From contig JBMNHG010000002.1 in NCBI GenBank assembly GCA_050950285.1, forward strand, positions 124,001 through 188,000: a stretch of DNA of 64,000 nucleotides, in the 5' to 3' direction. Positions 11,519 through 21,605 of this stretch are shown here, in pieces. The notes under the pieces were generated by a model. The model saw only the letters and a list, made by a program, of their open reading frames with translations, searched no databases and was not told the origin of the DNA. Origin of the DNA: Kiritimatiellia bacterium (GTDB lineage: Bacteria > Verrucomicrobiota > Kiritimatiellia > RFP12 > JBMNHG01). The first letter of the stretch is position 1; the number at the start of each line of letters is the position of its first letter. The position numbers were made by a program, and so were the translations under genes.

Positions 11519-13815
11519 TTACCCGCGCCCTCGAATCCAAGCGCCTGATGCGCGCCTCCGTCCGATCCCTCGCCCTGGCCGGCCAAGGGGACTCCTTCGC
11601 CACCTTCTCCACCGAGGCCGTCCTCTCCGCCCCAGGCGCCATCTCGTCGGCGGACAGCGCCATGCTCCAGCAGGCGTCCCTCGCGCCCGCCGGCACGACC
11701 ATTGGCGGCACGCTGCGCATCGACGCCGTGGCGGACAACGTCTTTCGCGTTCGCTACGCCGAGGGCGGAACCGTCCCTGAAAACCAGACCCCCATGCTCG
11801 CCGAAGGCGCGGCCAAGCGCGTTCCACTGGCCGTCGCGCCCGCCGACGGGAGCGTCGTGCTCTCGACCGGGCGCATCGCCCTTGCGGTAGACCTCTCCAA
11901 CGGCCGCATGGTCGCACGTTGCGCGAAGACCGGCCGCGAGCTGTGCGGCGTCGGCGGCCCGGAGACCAACCTCTTCATGAACTGGGACGCCTGCAACACC
12001 GGCATCTGCCGCGCCTTCGAAGGCCAGGCCCCCCTCGCCGTCGAGTGCTTCGACCTCGATCCCGACGAAGCCGTCTACGGCATGGGCGAAAAGTTCATCC
12101 GGCTCAACAAGGTCGGCCAGACCATCGACCAAGACCTCTCCGACGCGCTGGGCGTCCTCACCCCGCGCTCCTACAAGTGCATCCCCTTCCACGTGAGCAC
12201 CCGCGGATACGGCGTGTTCTTCAACCATTCGTCGAAGATGACCTACTGGGTGGGCAGCCGCTGCGCTTCCCGCGTGCAGGTCGCGCTGAACGACGACTTC
12301 CTCGACTACTTCCTGCTCTTCGGACCCATCGCCGAACTCCTTCCCGCCTACCAGGAACTCACCGGCCGCGGCGCCATGCCCCCCGAGTGGACCTTCGGCT
12401 ACTGGCAAAGCAAGATCAGCTACACCGCGGCGGACGAGACCCTCGACATCGCCGGGAAACTCCGCGCCAGCGGCGTGCCGTGCGACGTCATCCACCTCGA
12501 CACCCACTGGTTCAAGGCGGACTGGTACTGCGACCTCCTCTTCGACCGCGAGCGCTTCCCAGACCCCAAGGCCTGGTTCGACCGCCTCCGCGAGCTCGGC
12601 TTCCACGTCTCCCTCTGGCAGCTCCCCTACATCCCCGAAGGCTCGCAGCTCTTCGACGACCTTCGCGCCGTGGACGGCTTCGTGAAAAACGAGGACGGCT
12701 CCATCCACGACTGCCGCATCTGCTTCACCCCCGGCTTCCACGGCATCGTCGGCGTGATCGACTACACCAACCCCGAAGCCGTGCGCGTGCACCAGACCCA
12801 CCTGCGCCGCCTCTTCGACCTCGGCGCCGGCGTCATCAAGGCCGATTTCGGCGAATCCGCCCCCGGCGAAGGCGCGGTCTACCACGACGGCACCCCCGCC
12901 CGGCAGATGCACAACCGCTACCCGCTGCTGTACAACCGGGCGCTCTACGAAGTGACCCGCGAGGCCACCGGCGAAGGCGTCATCTGGGCCCGTTCCGCAT
13001 GGGCCGGCAGCCAGCGCTACCCGCTCCACTGGGGCGGCGACAACTCGCCGCACTTCGACAACATGATCCCCCAAATCGCCGGCGGACTCTCCTTCGGCCT
13101 CTCCGGCTTCAACTTCTGGAGCCAGGACATCGGCGGATTCCTCGGCGATACCGGGGGCGACCTGCTCATCCGCTGGATGCAGCTCGGCATGTTCTGCTCC
13201 CACAGCCGCATCCACGGATCCGGCGACCGCGAGCTCTACAAGTTCGACGAACGCACCTTCACCCACTGCCGCGACATCATCCGCCTCCGCTACCGCCTGC
13301 TGCCCTACATCCTCGGCAGCGCCCGATCCTGCGTCGCCCGCGGCCTGCCGCTGATGCGCGCCCTGCCCATCGACTTCCAGGACGACCCCGCCACCTGGAA
13401 CCTCGAAAGCGAATTCCTCTTCGGCGACTCCCTGCTCGTGGCGCCGGTCTACTCCGCCGACGGCCGCCGGCGCATCTACTTCCCGCGCGACAACGGCGAG
13501 GCGTGGACCTGCTGGTGGACCGGGCAGACCTTCGCGGGCGGCCAGTGGATCGACGCCGACGTGCCCATCGACCGCATCCCGCTCTTCGTGCGCGCCGGCG
13601 GCATCGTGCCCATGGGCCCACTTCAGCAGTACGTGGGCGAAAAGCCCCTCGACGCCCTCGAAGTCGTGTACGCCCCCCGCAACGACGGCCGCGAAACCCG
13701 CCTCGCCGTCCGCCGCGACGACGGCACGGACTGCCTGCTCTCCCTCTCGGCCGGCGGGCTCCAAGCCGGCCATGCCGACGGCATCGCCATCACGCCGAAG
13801 CCGCTTCATCCCTGA
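11515..13815 (+). CDS. yicI: GH31 alpha-xylosidase/glucosidase
   Basis: YGMGEKF, SYKCIPF, DVIHLDTHW, IKADFGE, HWGGD, WSQDIGGF, HSRIHG. Confidence 0.9.
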   Translation: MITRALESKRLMRASVRSLALAGQGDSFATFSTEAVLSAPGAISSADSAMLQQASLAPAGTTIGGTLRIDAVADNVFRVRYAEGGTVPENQTPMLAEGAAKRVPLAVAPADGSVVLSTGRIALAVDLSNGRMVARCAKTGRELCGVGGPETNLFMNWDACNTGICRAFEGQAPLAVECFDLDPDEAVYGMGEKFIRLNKVGQTIDQDLSDALGVLTPRSYKCIPFHVSTRGYGVFFNHSSKMTYWVGSRCASRVQVALNDDFLDYFLLFGPIAELLPAYQELTGRGAMPPEWTFGYWQSKISYTAADETLDIAGKLRASGVPCDVIHLDTHWFKADWYCDLLFDRERFPDPKAWFDRLRELGFHVSLWQLPYIPEGSQLFDDLRAVDGFVKNEDGSIHDCRICFTPGFHGIVGVIDYTNPEAVRVHQTHLRRLFDLGAGVIKADFGESAPGEGAVYHDGTPARQMHNRYPLLYNRALYEVTREATGEGVIWARSAWAGSQRYPLHWGGDNSPHFDNMIPQIAGGLSFGLSGFNFWSQDIGGFLGDTGGDLLIRWMQLGMFCSHSRIHGSGDRELYKFDERTFTHCRDIIRLRYRLLPYILGSARSCVARGLPLMRALPIDFQDDPATWNLESEFLFGDSLLVAPVYSADGRRRIYFPRDNGEAWTCWWTGQTFAGGQWIDADVPIDRIPLFVRAGGIVPMGPLQQYVGEKPLDALEVVYAPRNDGRETRLAVRRDDGTDCLLSLSAGGLQAGHADGIAITPKPLHP

Positions 13816-13830
13816 CCGGGAGACCAATCC

Positions 13831-15234
13831 ATGCCCGACTCCCCACCCCACGATCCCGAAGCGATGCAGGCCGCCGAACCCCAGGCGCAGCCCATCGAAG
13901 TCATGACCGGCCTCGTCAGCGCCGGCTTCGCGAAGCTCTCGCGCCAGCGCCGCAAGGTGCTCCGCATCGTGCTCGCCGCCACGCTCGCCGTCCACGTCAT
14001 CGCGTTGCTGGTCTTCGGCGGGATCGTCGTCGCCCGATATTTTTCGGAGGAGGAGGCCGTCTTCGAGGCGCCGCCGCCCACCCGCACCTACCAGCCCCGC
14101 GAAGTGGAAATGAAGGTGAAGGTGCAGAATCGCCAGCGCAGCTCGAGCCGCCCCGCATTCGTCCCGCGCCTCGTCTCCTCGAAGCCCTCGAACATCACCC
14201 TTCCCGAAATCAAGGTCGACCCCAAGCTCGTCACCACCACCTTCCAGCCCAAGTTCAAGGCCGTCTCTGGCAAAGGCCTGGGCGCAGGGCTCGGCGGCGG
14301 CCACGGGCTCGGCGGCTTCGGCGAAGGCGTGTCGGCCGTGAACTTCTTCGGCGTCCGTGCGAAGGGCGAACGCATCGCCATCCTCGTGGACGTGTCGGTG
14401 AGCATGATCGAGGAGCAGCGCGGGAGCTTCACCGGCTACCTGCGCGTGAAGCAGCGCGTGAACGACGTGATCGATTCGTTGAAAGACGGCACGCTCTTCA
14501 ACGTCATCGTCTTCGCGGACGCCTGCTCCGTGATGGACGAGAAGATGGTCTACGCCAACGACGAGACGCGCGGCAAGGCGAAGCTTTTCCTGCGCCCCTT
14601 CAACACCGAGGGCAACTACGGGCTGGACGTGGGCAACTACACCGGCGCCAGGGGAGGCCTTCGCGCGACGGGCGGCACCACGCGCCTCGACCTCGCCCTC
14701 TCCGCCGCGATGGAAAACGGCGCGGACACCATCCTGATCATCAGCGACGGCCTGCCGCAGGTGCAGAAGGCCCACGATCCCCAGGTGCTCCAGGCCCAGC
14801 AGGCGCGCATCGCCCAGTGGAACCAGCAGAACGCCGGCGCGATCGCCGCCTACGAGCAGGCCTACGCCAACGCGCCCGTCGAGAGGGTGTGGGTGCCCGA
14901 GCAACCCGCGCGCCCGCCAAGCAAGGCCCCGCTCAAGGAGGGCATGAAGGCCGATCCCGGCTCTCCCGCCATTCCCGGCCACTGGGCGGAGGTGCGCCAA
15001 TGCGCCGCCCATCGTCCCGCGCCCCCCGAACTTCCGCCCCCGCCGATGTGGACGCTTTCCGACTTCATCGCCCACATCTCCCAGCTCTACGAGACCACCC
15101 ACAAGCCGAACGGCCTGAAGTCGCCCCAAATCAACTGCATCGGCTACCAGATCGATCGCGAGGGAGGCGCCTTCCTCAACGATCTCGCCCGCCACTACAA
15201 GGGGCAGTACCGCCTGGTGCGCAAGTTGCGCTAG
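13831..15234 (+). CDS. Membrane-anchored VWA-domain protein
   Basis: One TM segment, Gly-rich linker, VNFFG, MIDAS DVSVSM, GGT, ISDG, and a Pro-rich insert. Confidence 0.75.
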   Translation: MPDSPPHDPEAMQAAEPQAQPIEVMTGLVSAGFAKLSRQRRKVLRIVLAATLAVHVIALLVFGGIVVARYFSEEEAVFEAPPPTRTYQPREVEMKVKVQNRQRSSSRPAFVPRLVSSKPSNITLPEIKVDPKLVTTTFQPKFKAVSGKGLGAGLGGGHGLGGFGEGVSAVNFFGVRAKGERIAILVDVSVSMIEEQRGSFTGYLRVKQRVNDVIDSLKDGTLFNVIVFADACSVMDEKMVYANDETRGKAKLFLRPFNTEGNYGLDVGNYTGARGGLRATGGTTRLDLALSAAMENGADTILIISDGLPQVQKAHDPQVLQAQQARIAQWNQQNAGAIAAYEQAYANAPVERVWVPEQPARPPSKAPLKEGMKADPGSPAIPGHWAEVRQCAAHRPAPPELPPPPMWTLSDFIAHISQLYETTHKPNGLKSPQINCIGYQIDREGGAFLNDLARHYKGQYRLVRKLR

Positions 15235-15563
15235 CCCCCTCCCCGCCGCCGCGCCTGGATTTCCAGGACGTGACGGGCGCGGAAGCCTCCCCAGACGCAA
15301 AGCCTTCCGGGAGGGATGGCCCGGACGGTCTTGACGGGACGGAAGTCCGCGTCGAGAAAAACGGCGTCGATCGTGAAGCGCATGAAGCAGGTGTGGATCG
15401 TGTTGCACCGGAGGATGAGGAGCCCCTCCCCCTCCGGAAGCGAATCCCGCCCCAGCAACCCGCGCATCCGCGCCAGGAGGCGGCTCGCGACGGCCACCCG
15501 CACCCCCTCGATCACGGGGGGGATCGTGCGCCCGCGGTACGTCCGCTGTTTCGGGGAGGCCAT
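15231..15563 (-). CDS. DUF192 family protein
   Basis: RMRGLLGR, IHTCFMRFTIDAVFLD, VLE. Confidence 0.85.
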   Translation of the reverse strand: MASPKQRTYRGRTIPPVIEGVRVAVASRLLARMRGLLGRDSLPEGEGLLILRCNTIHTCFMRFTIDAVFLDADFRPVKTVRAIPPGRLCVWGGFRARHVLEIQARRRGGG

Positions 15564-15584
15564 CGCTTCTCCTTTCCTCCTCCG

Positions 15585-18341
15585 CTACCGCGAGGATGCC
15601 GCGCGGCGGATTTCGTAGAGGTACGAGGCGTCGTCCGGATGGCGCGCGACGTCGGCGGTGAAGGCGAGGACGCCTTGGTCCGTTGTGCTCGGAAGGATTT
15701 CGCGCACGGAACCGTCAGAGGCCAGCAGCCGCACCTCGAAGCTGCCCGGACCGAGCCGGAGCGAAACGTCCGCCCGTCCGGCACGCATCAGATGCGGGAG
15801 CGACCCCCACGCGAGCAGCGTCTGCAGGCGGGCGTCGGCGTAGCGGATGCCGGTGTTCTGCACGTCGGTGAGGTGGGTGACCAGGATCCGTTCCGATTCC
15901 GCGAGCGGCTTCCCGTCGAGCGAGCTCGCCCAGACGGTCGCCGGCGTGCCGCCGATGTCCGCCCGGAGGACGGCGGCCCGGATCACGCCCCGCTCGGCGA
16001 AGCCGCCGCAGGTGGCGGGCGTGGCCACCGCGAAGGCGCCTTGGGAGGAATCGATGCGAACGGGGTTCGGCCAGTCCGCCGGGCCGTCCGCAGGAAGCTC
16101 GTCCACGCCGAAGAGGAAGCGGCTCATCGCGGAATCGCCCTTGCGGTAGAGTTCCGTGTAGGGCGCGGCATAGTCGAAGAGGGAGGAGGAGGCCGCCGGC
16201 GCGACCAGCGTCCCGAGGCGCAGATACCAGGCGGCCCAGGCCCACGAGGGGCGGTTCAAGGGATCGAAGGTCCCGTCGAAGGATTCCGGGGGCATCGCGA
16301 TGGCGAGCGTCTTGCGGAGCGGCGCGAGATCGCCCCGCAAGAAGAGGCAGATCGACGCGCGTTCGGCCGCCAGGGAGAGCGGGTCGCCGCCCATGTTGAA
16401 GTAGTCCATCGGCACGCCGCCGGGATTCACCGCGCCTTCGCGGGAATGCGCCCACGCGAACCGCCAGATTCCCGCCCAGTCCTGCAAGGCGCCCATGGCG
16501 CCCGTGGCGATTCCGCCCACGCCGCGATAGCGCCCCGGCGCGGAGAAATTGTATTCCGTGACGGTGAAGGGCTTGTCGAGAAGGCGCGTGAAGGCCACGC
16601 CCTGCGCGCCGCGCGCCGCGCCGCGGAAGGGATTGGCGTTCGGGCAGCGGCTCGGCAGACGCCAGGGCGTCCCGATGAATTCGGGGTGGTCCACGTAGAA
16701 ATGGTCGTCCACGTAGCCGAAGGCGCGGGCGCGGACGAGCTGGTAGCTGGCGGGATTCATCCAGCTGTTCATGTCCGTGACCAGCGCATGGCAGCCGAGT
16801 TCGTCGCGCAGGAGGGCGGTCATCCGGCGCGCGAAGGCCTCTTCCCGCCCGGCCAGGAAGAGCGAGAAGACGGCCGCGGCGCGATCGCGGTTCCAGAGGT
16901 TGGAGGGGAAGGCGTCGGGCACGTCCGCGAAGGCGTCGGGATTCGCGGCGCGCCGCCCGGCAAGCCAGGCGGCCCAGGCGTCGCGCCATTCGGGATGGCG
17001 GGCGAGTGCGTCGCCGCCGAAGTTCCCGGGGTTGTCCTCGTTCACGAGCGAAAGCCAGGCAAGCGCCGGCTCTTCCGCGTAGCTCCGTCCGGTGTGGGGG
17101 TTCACGTGCGAAAGGAACTGGCGCGTGAACGAGGCGAGATTCCCAAAGACGCCCTCGTGGACGGGCGCGAGGAGCTTGAACTCGTCCATGCCGAGGTTCC
17201 CGTCGCGATCGACGCCCACGGAACGCCAGGGGACGGAGCGGGAGACGAACAAATCGGTGGTGACGTAGATCCCGTGGCGGATGCAGGCGGCGACGAGGCC
17301 GTCGAGTTCGGCCAGACGCCCCGGATGGAGGGTGGTTCCGTCGGGCGAGCCTTCCACCAAACCGCCGTCGTGGTGATGGAGACGGATGGCGTTGTAGCCG
17401 ATGCGCTCGAGGCGCGCCGCAAGGATCTCGGACTCCTCCGCCGAGAGGAAATTCGCGCCGAAGCAGAGGTTCACGCCGTAGAAGCGCTGCGGTTCCCCGG
17501 GCAGGGACTCGAACTCGAAATGCGCCCCGCGGGACACGACGCGCCCGTGCACGCCGGCCGGCTTGTCGCGCGGCGCCATCGTGGAAAAGTCGAGCGCCGA
17601 TCCCGGCACGATGTCCGCGGCGGCATGAAGCGGAATCCACTCTTCGCCTGCGGTGATCACGCAGGGGCCGATCGCAGGATGGAGCACGATCGGATCCCGT
17701 CCGGAGAGGGTGAAGCCAAAGGCGTGGCGTTCGCCGGCGCGAAGGGTGCCGTCGCCGAAGACCATGCGGATTTCAAGCATCGGGCTCCCCCACTCCCGGT
17801 TGTCCTGGAGCAGGGCGAAGGCCGGCGCGTCGAAGGCGAGCGAAAGGCGCTTCGTCCCGTCCCGAGCGACGACCGTCATCCCCTGCGACACCCCGATCGC
17901 CACATGGATGGACTCGCCCTTCTCCGGCGGGATCTCCTTGCGCTCGCCGTTGAAGTCCACCGTGCCGCCGAAGAATTCGCCCCCGGGAAGGTAGGTCCGC
18001 ACGCAGAGGGCGTTCACCGCGACGTCGCGATCCGCGGCGGCGTCGTAGACGGCATGGAGCGCGCCTTCGGGGGTGACCGAAAAACGCGCCGTGCCGGAGA
18101 CGGTGGCATGGTCCCCCCCGCATTCGGGGAGGCGGAAGGGGACCGCGCCGCCCTCCCCCGCCGACGCGTCGAAATCGACGGCGGCCTCCGCCGTGCTCCA
18201 ATCCAGTCGATAGACGCAGGGTTTGAAGACGACCCCCAACTCTTCGACGTCCAGTTCGGCGCCGAGGTAGACGTTTGCCGCGAGGCATGCGCCTCCGAGC
18301 GAGGATGCGACGGCGGCGGCGAGCAGGCAGGCACGGTTCAT
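15585..18341 (-). CDS. Secreted clan GH-A (GH5-like) glycoside hydrolase
   Basis: Signal peptide; RFYGVNL, GYNAIRLHHHD, GIYVTTDL, LVNED, DDHFY, PFTVTEYN. Confidence 0.75.
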   Translation of the reverse strand: MNRACLLAAAVASSLGGACLAANVYLGAELDVEELGVVFKPCVYRLDWSTAEAAVDFDASAGEGGAVPFRLPECGGDHATVSGTARFSVTPEGALHAVYDAAADRDVAVNALCVRTYLPGGEFFGGTVDFNGERKEIPPEKGESIHVAIGVSQGMTVVARDGTKRLSLAFDAPAFALLQDNREWGSPMLEIRMVFGDGTLRAGERHAFGFTLSGRDPIVLHPAIGPCVITAGEEWIPLHAAADIVPGSALDFSTMAPRDKPAGVHGRVVSRGAHFEFESLPGEPQRFYGVNLCFGANFLSAEESEILAARLERIGYNAIRLHHHDGGLVEGSPDGTTLHPGRLAELDGLVAACIRHGIYVTTDLFVSRSVPWRSVGVDRDGNLGMDEFKLLAPVHEGVFGNLASFTRQFLSHVNPHTGRSYAEEPALAWLSLVNEDNPGNFGGDALARHPEWRDAWAAWLAGRRAANPDAFADVPDAFPSNLWNRDRAAAVFSLFLAGREEAFARRMTALLRDELGCHALVTDMNSWMNPASYQLVRARAFGYVDDHFYVDHPEFIGTPWRLPSRCPNANPFRGAARGAQGVAFTRLLDKPFTVTEYNFSAPGRYRGVGGIATGAMGALQDWAGIWRFAWAHSREGAVNPGGVPMDYFNMGGDPLSLAAERASICLFLRGDLAPLRKTLAIAMPPESFDGTFDPLNRPSWAWAAWYLRLGTLVAPAASSSLFDYAAPYTELYRKGDSAMSRFLFGVDELPADGPADWPNPVRIDSSQGAFAVATPATCGGFAERGVIRAAVLRADIGGTPATVWASSLDGKPLAESERILVTHLTDVQNTGIRYADARLQTLLAWGSLPHLMRAGRADVSLRLGPGSFEVRLLASDGSVREILPSTTDQGVLAFTADVARHPDDASYLYEIRRAASSR

Positions 18342-18350
18342 GGTCTCTCC

Positions 18351-19322
18351 TCAGGAAAGAGCCAACATCTCCTTCGCGGCGGCAAAGGCCTCGTCCGGGG
18401 TGATGTCGGCCAGACAGGGGATGCCGCCCACGCTGCAGTCGCGCGAGAGGCAGGGCTGACAGGGAAGCGATCGGCGCAGCACGCGGTGGTTCCCGCCATA
18501 CGGGCCCGTCCGGCCCGGGATGGTCGGCCCGAAAAAGACGAGGCATGGCTTTCCAAGCGCCGCGGCGAGATGCACGGGGCCGGAGTCGTTCGAGACGAGC
18601 AGGTCCACCTGCGAGAGAAGCCCCCCCAGTTCCGGCAGGGACAGCGCGCCGCAGAGGTTGCGCGCCTGCGGCGCCGCACGGCAGACCGCCTCGCACGTCA
18701 GCGCATCGTCCTTGCTTCCGAGCACGACCGGCGTGGCGCCAAGTTCCTTCGCGAGCCTCTCCGCAAGCGCCGCGAAGTGGCCCGCCGGCCAGTTTTTCGT
18801 GGACCAGCGGGAGACGGGCAGCAGGGCGATGCGCGGACCGGCCACGTCGAGCGGGTATGGCGGGAAATCCATGGGGAACTCGGCCTTGTCGGGACGCGGG
18901 AGGTCGAAGCATTGCAGCACGTCCAGCGCCTGTTCCACGGCATGCCGTTCGCGGCCGCCGCGCGGAGGGACCTTGTCGTACGCCAGTGCCGACCCCTCGC
19001 GGTTGTATGCCGGGCCCACGCGCAGGGAGGTCCGCGCAAGACGGGCCACGACCGCGCTCTTGAGCAGTCCCTGCAGGTCGACCGCGGCGTCGTACCGTTC
19101 CGCGCGCAACGCGCGCAACGCGGGGCGGAAATCGCGCAGGACGCGGTGCCGGGGGATGGGGATCACGCGGTCCACGCCGCGGAAGCAGCGCACGAGGCTC
19201 GCGTATTCGGGCTGGACGGCCCAGTCCAGCGTCGCGCCAAGCCCCTTCCGAAGGGCCGTGGCCGTCGGCAGGGCGTGGAACAGGTCGCCAAGGGAACTCA
19301 GTTTGACGATCAGGATTCGCAT
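18351..19322 (-). CDS. Glycosyltransferase family 9 (LPS heptosyltransferase WaaC/WaaF-like)
   Basis: ILIVKLSSLGD, DLQGLLKSA, KNWP, NDSGPVHLAAA, FGPT. Confidence 0.92.
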   Translation of the reverse strand: MRILIVKLSSLGDLFHALPTATALRKGLGATLDWAVQPEYASLVRCFRGVDRVIPIPRHRVLRDFRPALRALRAERYDAAVDLQGLLKSAVVARLARTSLRVGPAYNREGSALAYDKVPPRGGRERHAVEQALDVLQCFDLPRPDKAEFPMDFPPYPLDVAGPRIALLPVSRWSTKNWPAGHFAALAERLAKELGATPVVLGSKDDALTCEAVCRAAPQARNLCGALSLPELGGLLSQVDLLVSNDSGPVHLAAALGKPCLVFFGPTIPGRTGPYGGNHRVLRRSLPCQPCLSRDCSVGGIPCLADITPDEAFAAAKEMLALS

Positions 19323-19366
19323 GGGACAAAGACGCTACGGGTTGCACACGCGGGGACGGACATCCC

Positions 19367-20614
19367 CTAACGGATCTTGAGCAGAAGGAGGAAGAGGATG
19401 GGCATCAGGAAGGCCTGGAGGAGCATAAAGCGGATGACCACCTGGGTGGGGCTCCAGCCGAGGTTCTTGCGGCAATGGTCGTGCCAGGGGAGGCGCACGC
19501 TGTGGAGCTTGCGAACGAGCAGGGAAGGCTTCGGATTGGCCGCGCCGCCGTCGAGGAAGGGGTTCTTCGTGTTCACGCCGAACTTCTTCAAGAGGCGGAG
19601 GAGGGAGAGCTTCGCGAGACCGCTGAGTCCGTTGATCATGACGATGGGGCAGACCGCGAGGAGCACGAGGGGATTGCCGCTGGCGAGGGTCGCGATGCCG
19701 ATGAGCAGGCCGAGAGGCCGCGACCCCGCGTCGCCCATCAACACGCGGCTCGGATAGGCGTTGTGCCAGAGATACCCGCCGTAACCGCCGGCGACCGCCG
19801 CGCAGAGGATGCCCCAGCGCGCCCCTTCCGGATTGTGCGGAACGAGCAGGTACGCGGCGATCTTTTCGTGGCCGACCACACCGTACAGGAAAGCGGCGCA
19901 GACGAAGAGCGTCGTGAGCGAAAGCGAAGAGGCCAGCCCGTCGACGCCGTCCGAGCAGTTCGTGGCGTTCATCGAAAGCCAAAGCAGGAAGGCCGCGCCC
20001 GGAATGTAGGCCCACGGCGGAACCGTGAAGACGGTTTTGGTGAAGGGGAGCCAGATCGTATGGCACTGCGCCTCCCCAAGGTAGTAGATCACGGCGGCGG
20101 CGAGAAGCGCCACGATGGCGTCGAGCAACCCCTTCCGAAGCTCGCCCCAGGGCTTTTCCGCGACATCGTCGGCGTACCCGGTGACCATCGACATCAGCAT
20201 GCAGAGAACCGCCGCCCATTGCGGACTCAGGAGAGACAGCCACTCCGAGGGGGTGGAGGCGATATGGCGCAGGATGGCGACGAATTCCGGAAGCGACGTT
20301 GTCTTGTCCACGCCCGGCAGCGAAGGCGGCAGGAAGAGGACGAACACGGGCAGGAGCAGCAGCAGCAACCAGCGCCCGGCGCCCGTGGGCTTGCCGACGG
20401 AGCCCCAGGCGTCCGGGGTGTTCATCGCGGCGCCGGTCGCGGCGTCTTTGACCACCTTCCCCCGATCCAGGGGCAGCTTCCGGAAAAAACGCGGCAGGAA
20501 ACGCTGGACGACGAAGGCGGAGACAAGTGCCGAAGCGCAGAGCAGGACGGCATAGGAACCGAAGATTCGCATCGGCCCCCAAACGGAGGAAAGGTACTTC
20601 AGGAAAAACAGCAT
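19367..20614 (-). CDS. mraY: Phospho-N-acetylmuramoyl-pentapeptide transferase
   Basis: Multi-TM; GKPTG.G, GYADD, NATNCSDGVDGL, WHNAYPSRVLMGDAGS, PWHDH. Confidence 0.85.
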   Translation of the reverse strand: MLFFLKYLSSVWGPMRIFGSYAVLLCASALVSAFVVQRFLPRFFRKLPLDRGKVVKDAATGAAMNTPDAWGSVGKPTGAGRWLLLLLLPVFVLFLPPSLPGVDKTTSLPEFVAILRHIASTPSEWLSLLSPQWAAVLCMLMSMVTGYADDVAEKPWGELRKGLLDAIVALLAAAVIYYLGEAQCHTIWLPFTKTVFTVPPWAYIPGAAFLLWLSMNATNCSDGVDGLASSLSLTTLFVCAAFLYGVVGHEKIAAYLLVPHNPEGARWGILCAAVAGGYGGYLWHNAYPSRVLMGDAGSRPLGLLIGIATLASGNPLVLLAVCPIVMINGLSGLAKLSLLRLLKKFGVNTKNPFLDGGAANPKPSLLVRKLHSVRLPWHDHCRKNLGWSPTQVVIRFMLLQAFLMPILFLLLLKIR

Positions 20615-20697
20615 GGCGAATTCGGGGAAAAACGGTTGAAAGACGACGGTCCGATCGACGAGTCAAACGGGGCGGCGCGGAAGCGGCATCCCCTGCC

Positions 20698-20979
20698 CTA
20701 CAGCAGCATTTTCACGCCGGGGATGCAGCGGAGCTCGTCGTGGATCTGGTCGAGTTCCTTGCGCGAATGCGCGATGAGGCTCAGCTGGAGCGTACGGTAC
20801 CTGCCGCCGGAGGAGAGGTTGCCGGCGGCGGGCGGGGAGGTCACCTCGCGCGAGGCGAGAGCCGCCTGGAGGGCCTCCCAGGGCACGTTCGCGGCATCGA
20901 CGATGATGCGGAAGTGATGCAGGCTGGGATAGAGTTCCGGATGGGAGGTCCCATCCGCAAAAGGGTCGGGCGAAATCAT
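20698..20979 (-). CDS. DUF493/YbeD-like protein
   Basis: YP..HHFRII, SSGGRY, IPGVKMLL. Confidence 0.75.
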   Translation of the reverse strand: MISPDPFADGTSHPELYPSLHHFRIIVDAANVPWEALQAALASREVTSPPAAGNLSSGGRYRTLQLSLIAHSRKELDQIHDELRCIPGVKMLL

Positions 20980-20999
20980 GGGCGAAACAGGAGGCCGGC

Positions 21000-21401
21000 C
21001 TACTGGAGATGGGGGGTCTGCCAGCTGTCGGGCAGGTATTGGTGGAGCTCGATCCGGTTGCCGTCGGGATCCGCAAGCCACGCCTGCCAGGCGTTGTCGC
21101 AACCCATCTTCGGATCTTCGACCTCGACGCCGCGCGCACGGAACGCCGCGACGGTCTCGTGGAGGTCATCCGTTTCCAGGCAGATGTGGGAGAAGCTCTG
21201 CTTGTCGGCCTTGGGGGCGACTTCGCCCTGGAAGAGCTCGAGGAAGGTCCTGCGGCCGAGGCGGAAATAGACGCCGAAACGGACGCCGGCATCGTTCCGG
21301 AAATCGAAGGCGACCGGAAGGCCGAGCTTGCCGGAGTAGAACGCGATGGCGCGATCGAGATCCGAGACAGTGAAACAGACGTGTGCGATACCCGTAATCA
21401 T
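21000..21401 (-). CDS. VOC/glyoxalase family protein
   Basis: IAHVCFTVSDLDRAIAFY, HICL, DPDGNRIEL. Confidence 0.9.
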   Translation of the reverse strand: MITGIAHVCFTVSDLDRAIAFYSGKLGLPVAFDFRNDAGVRFGVYFRLGRRTFLELFQGEVAPKADKQSFSHICLETDDLHETVAAFRARGVEVEDPKMGCDNAWQAWLADPDGNRIELHQYLPDSWQTPHLQ

Positions 21402-21605
21402 GGAAGAGGTTCCGATAAGCGTTCGAGACAAAGAGGGGATTACCCCCAAGGTAGCGATTCGCCGCCCAACCCGCAAGCGGATTTGATCGTGGCGGATTGG
21501 AGGGTGGATTCTTTTTCGCTTCCACCCTCATAGGCCTTCCAGTATGGCACCCCGGATTCGGATTCATTTTCCCCGCAACTCGCAAACCCGCAACCAGGAG
21601 TATCC

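Noticed and set aside
11919..19370. 2483-aa ORF and other very long ORFs (11290-15408, 46341-50027, 53835-57008, 56866-58890)
   Set aside because: Arg/Pro/Gly-rich shadow frames overlapping well-supported genes, as expected in high-GC DNA.
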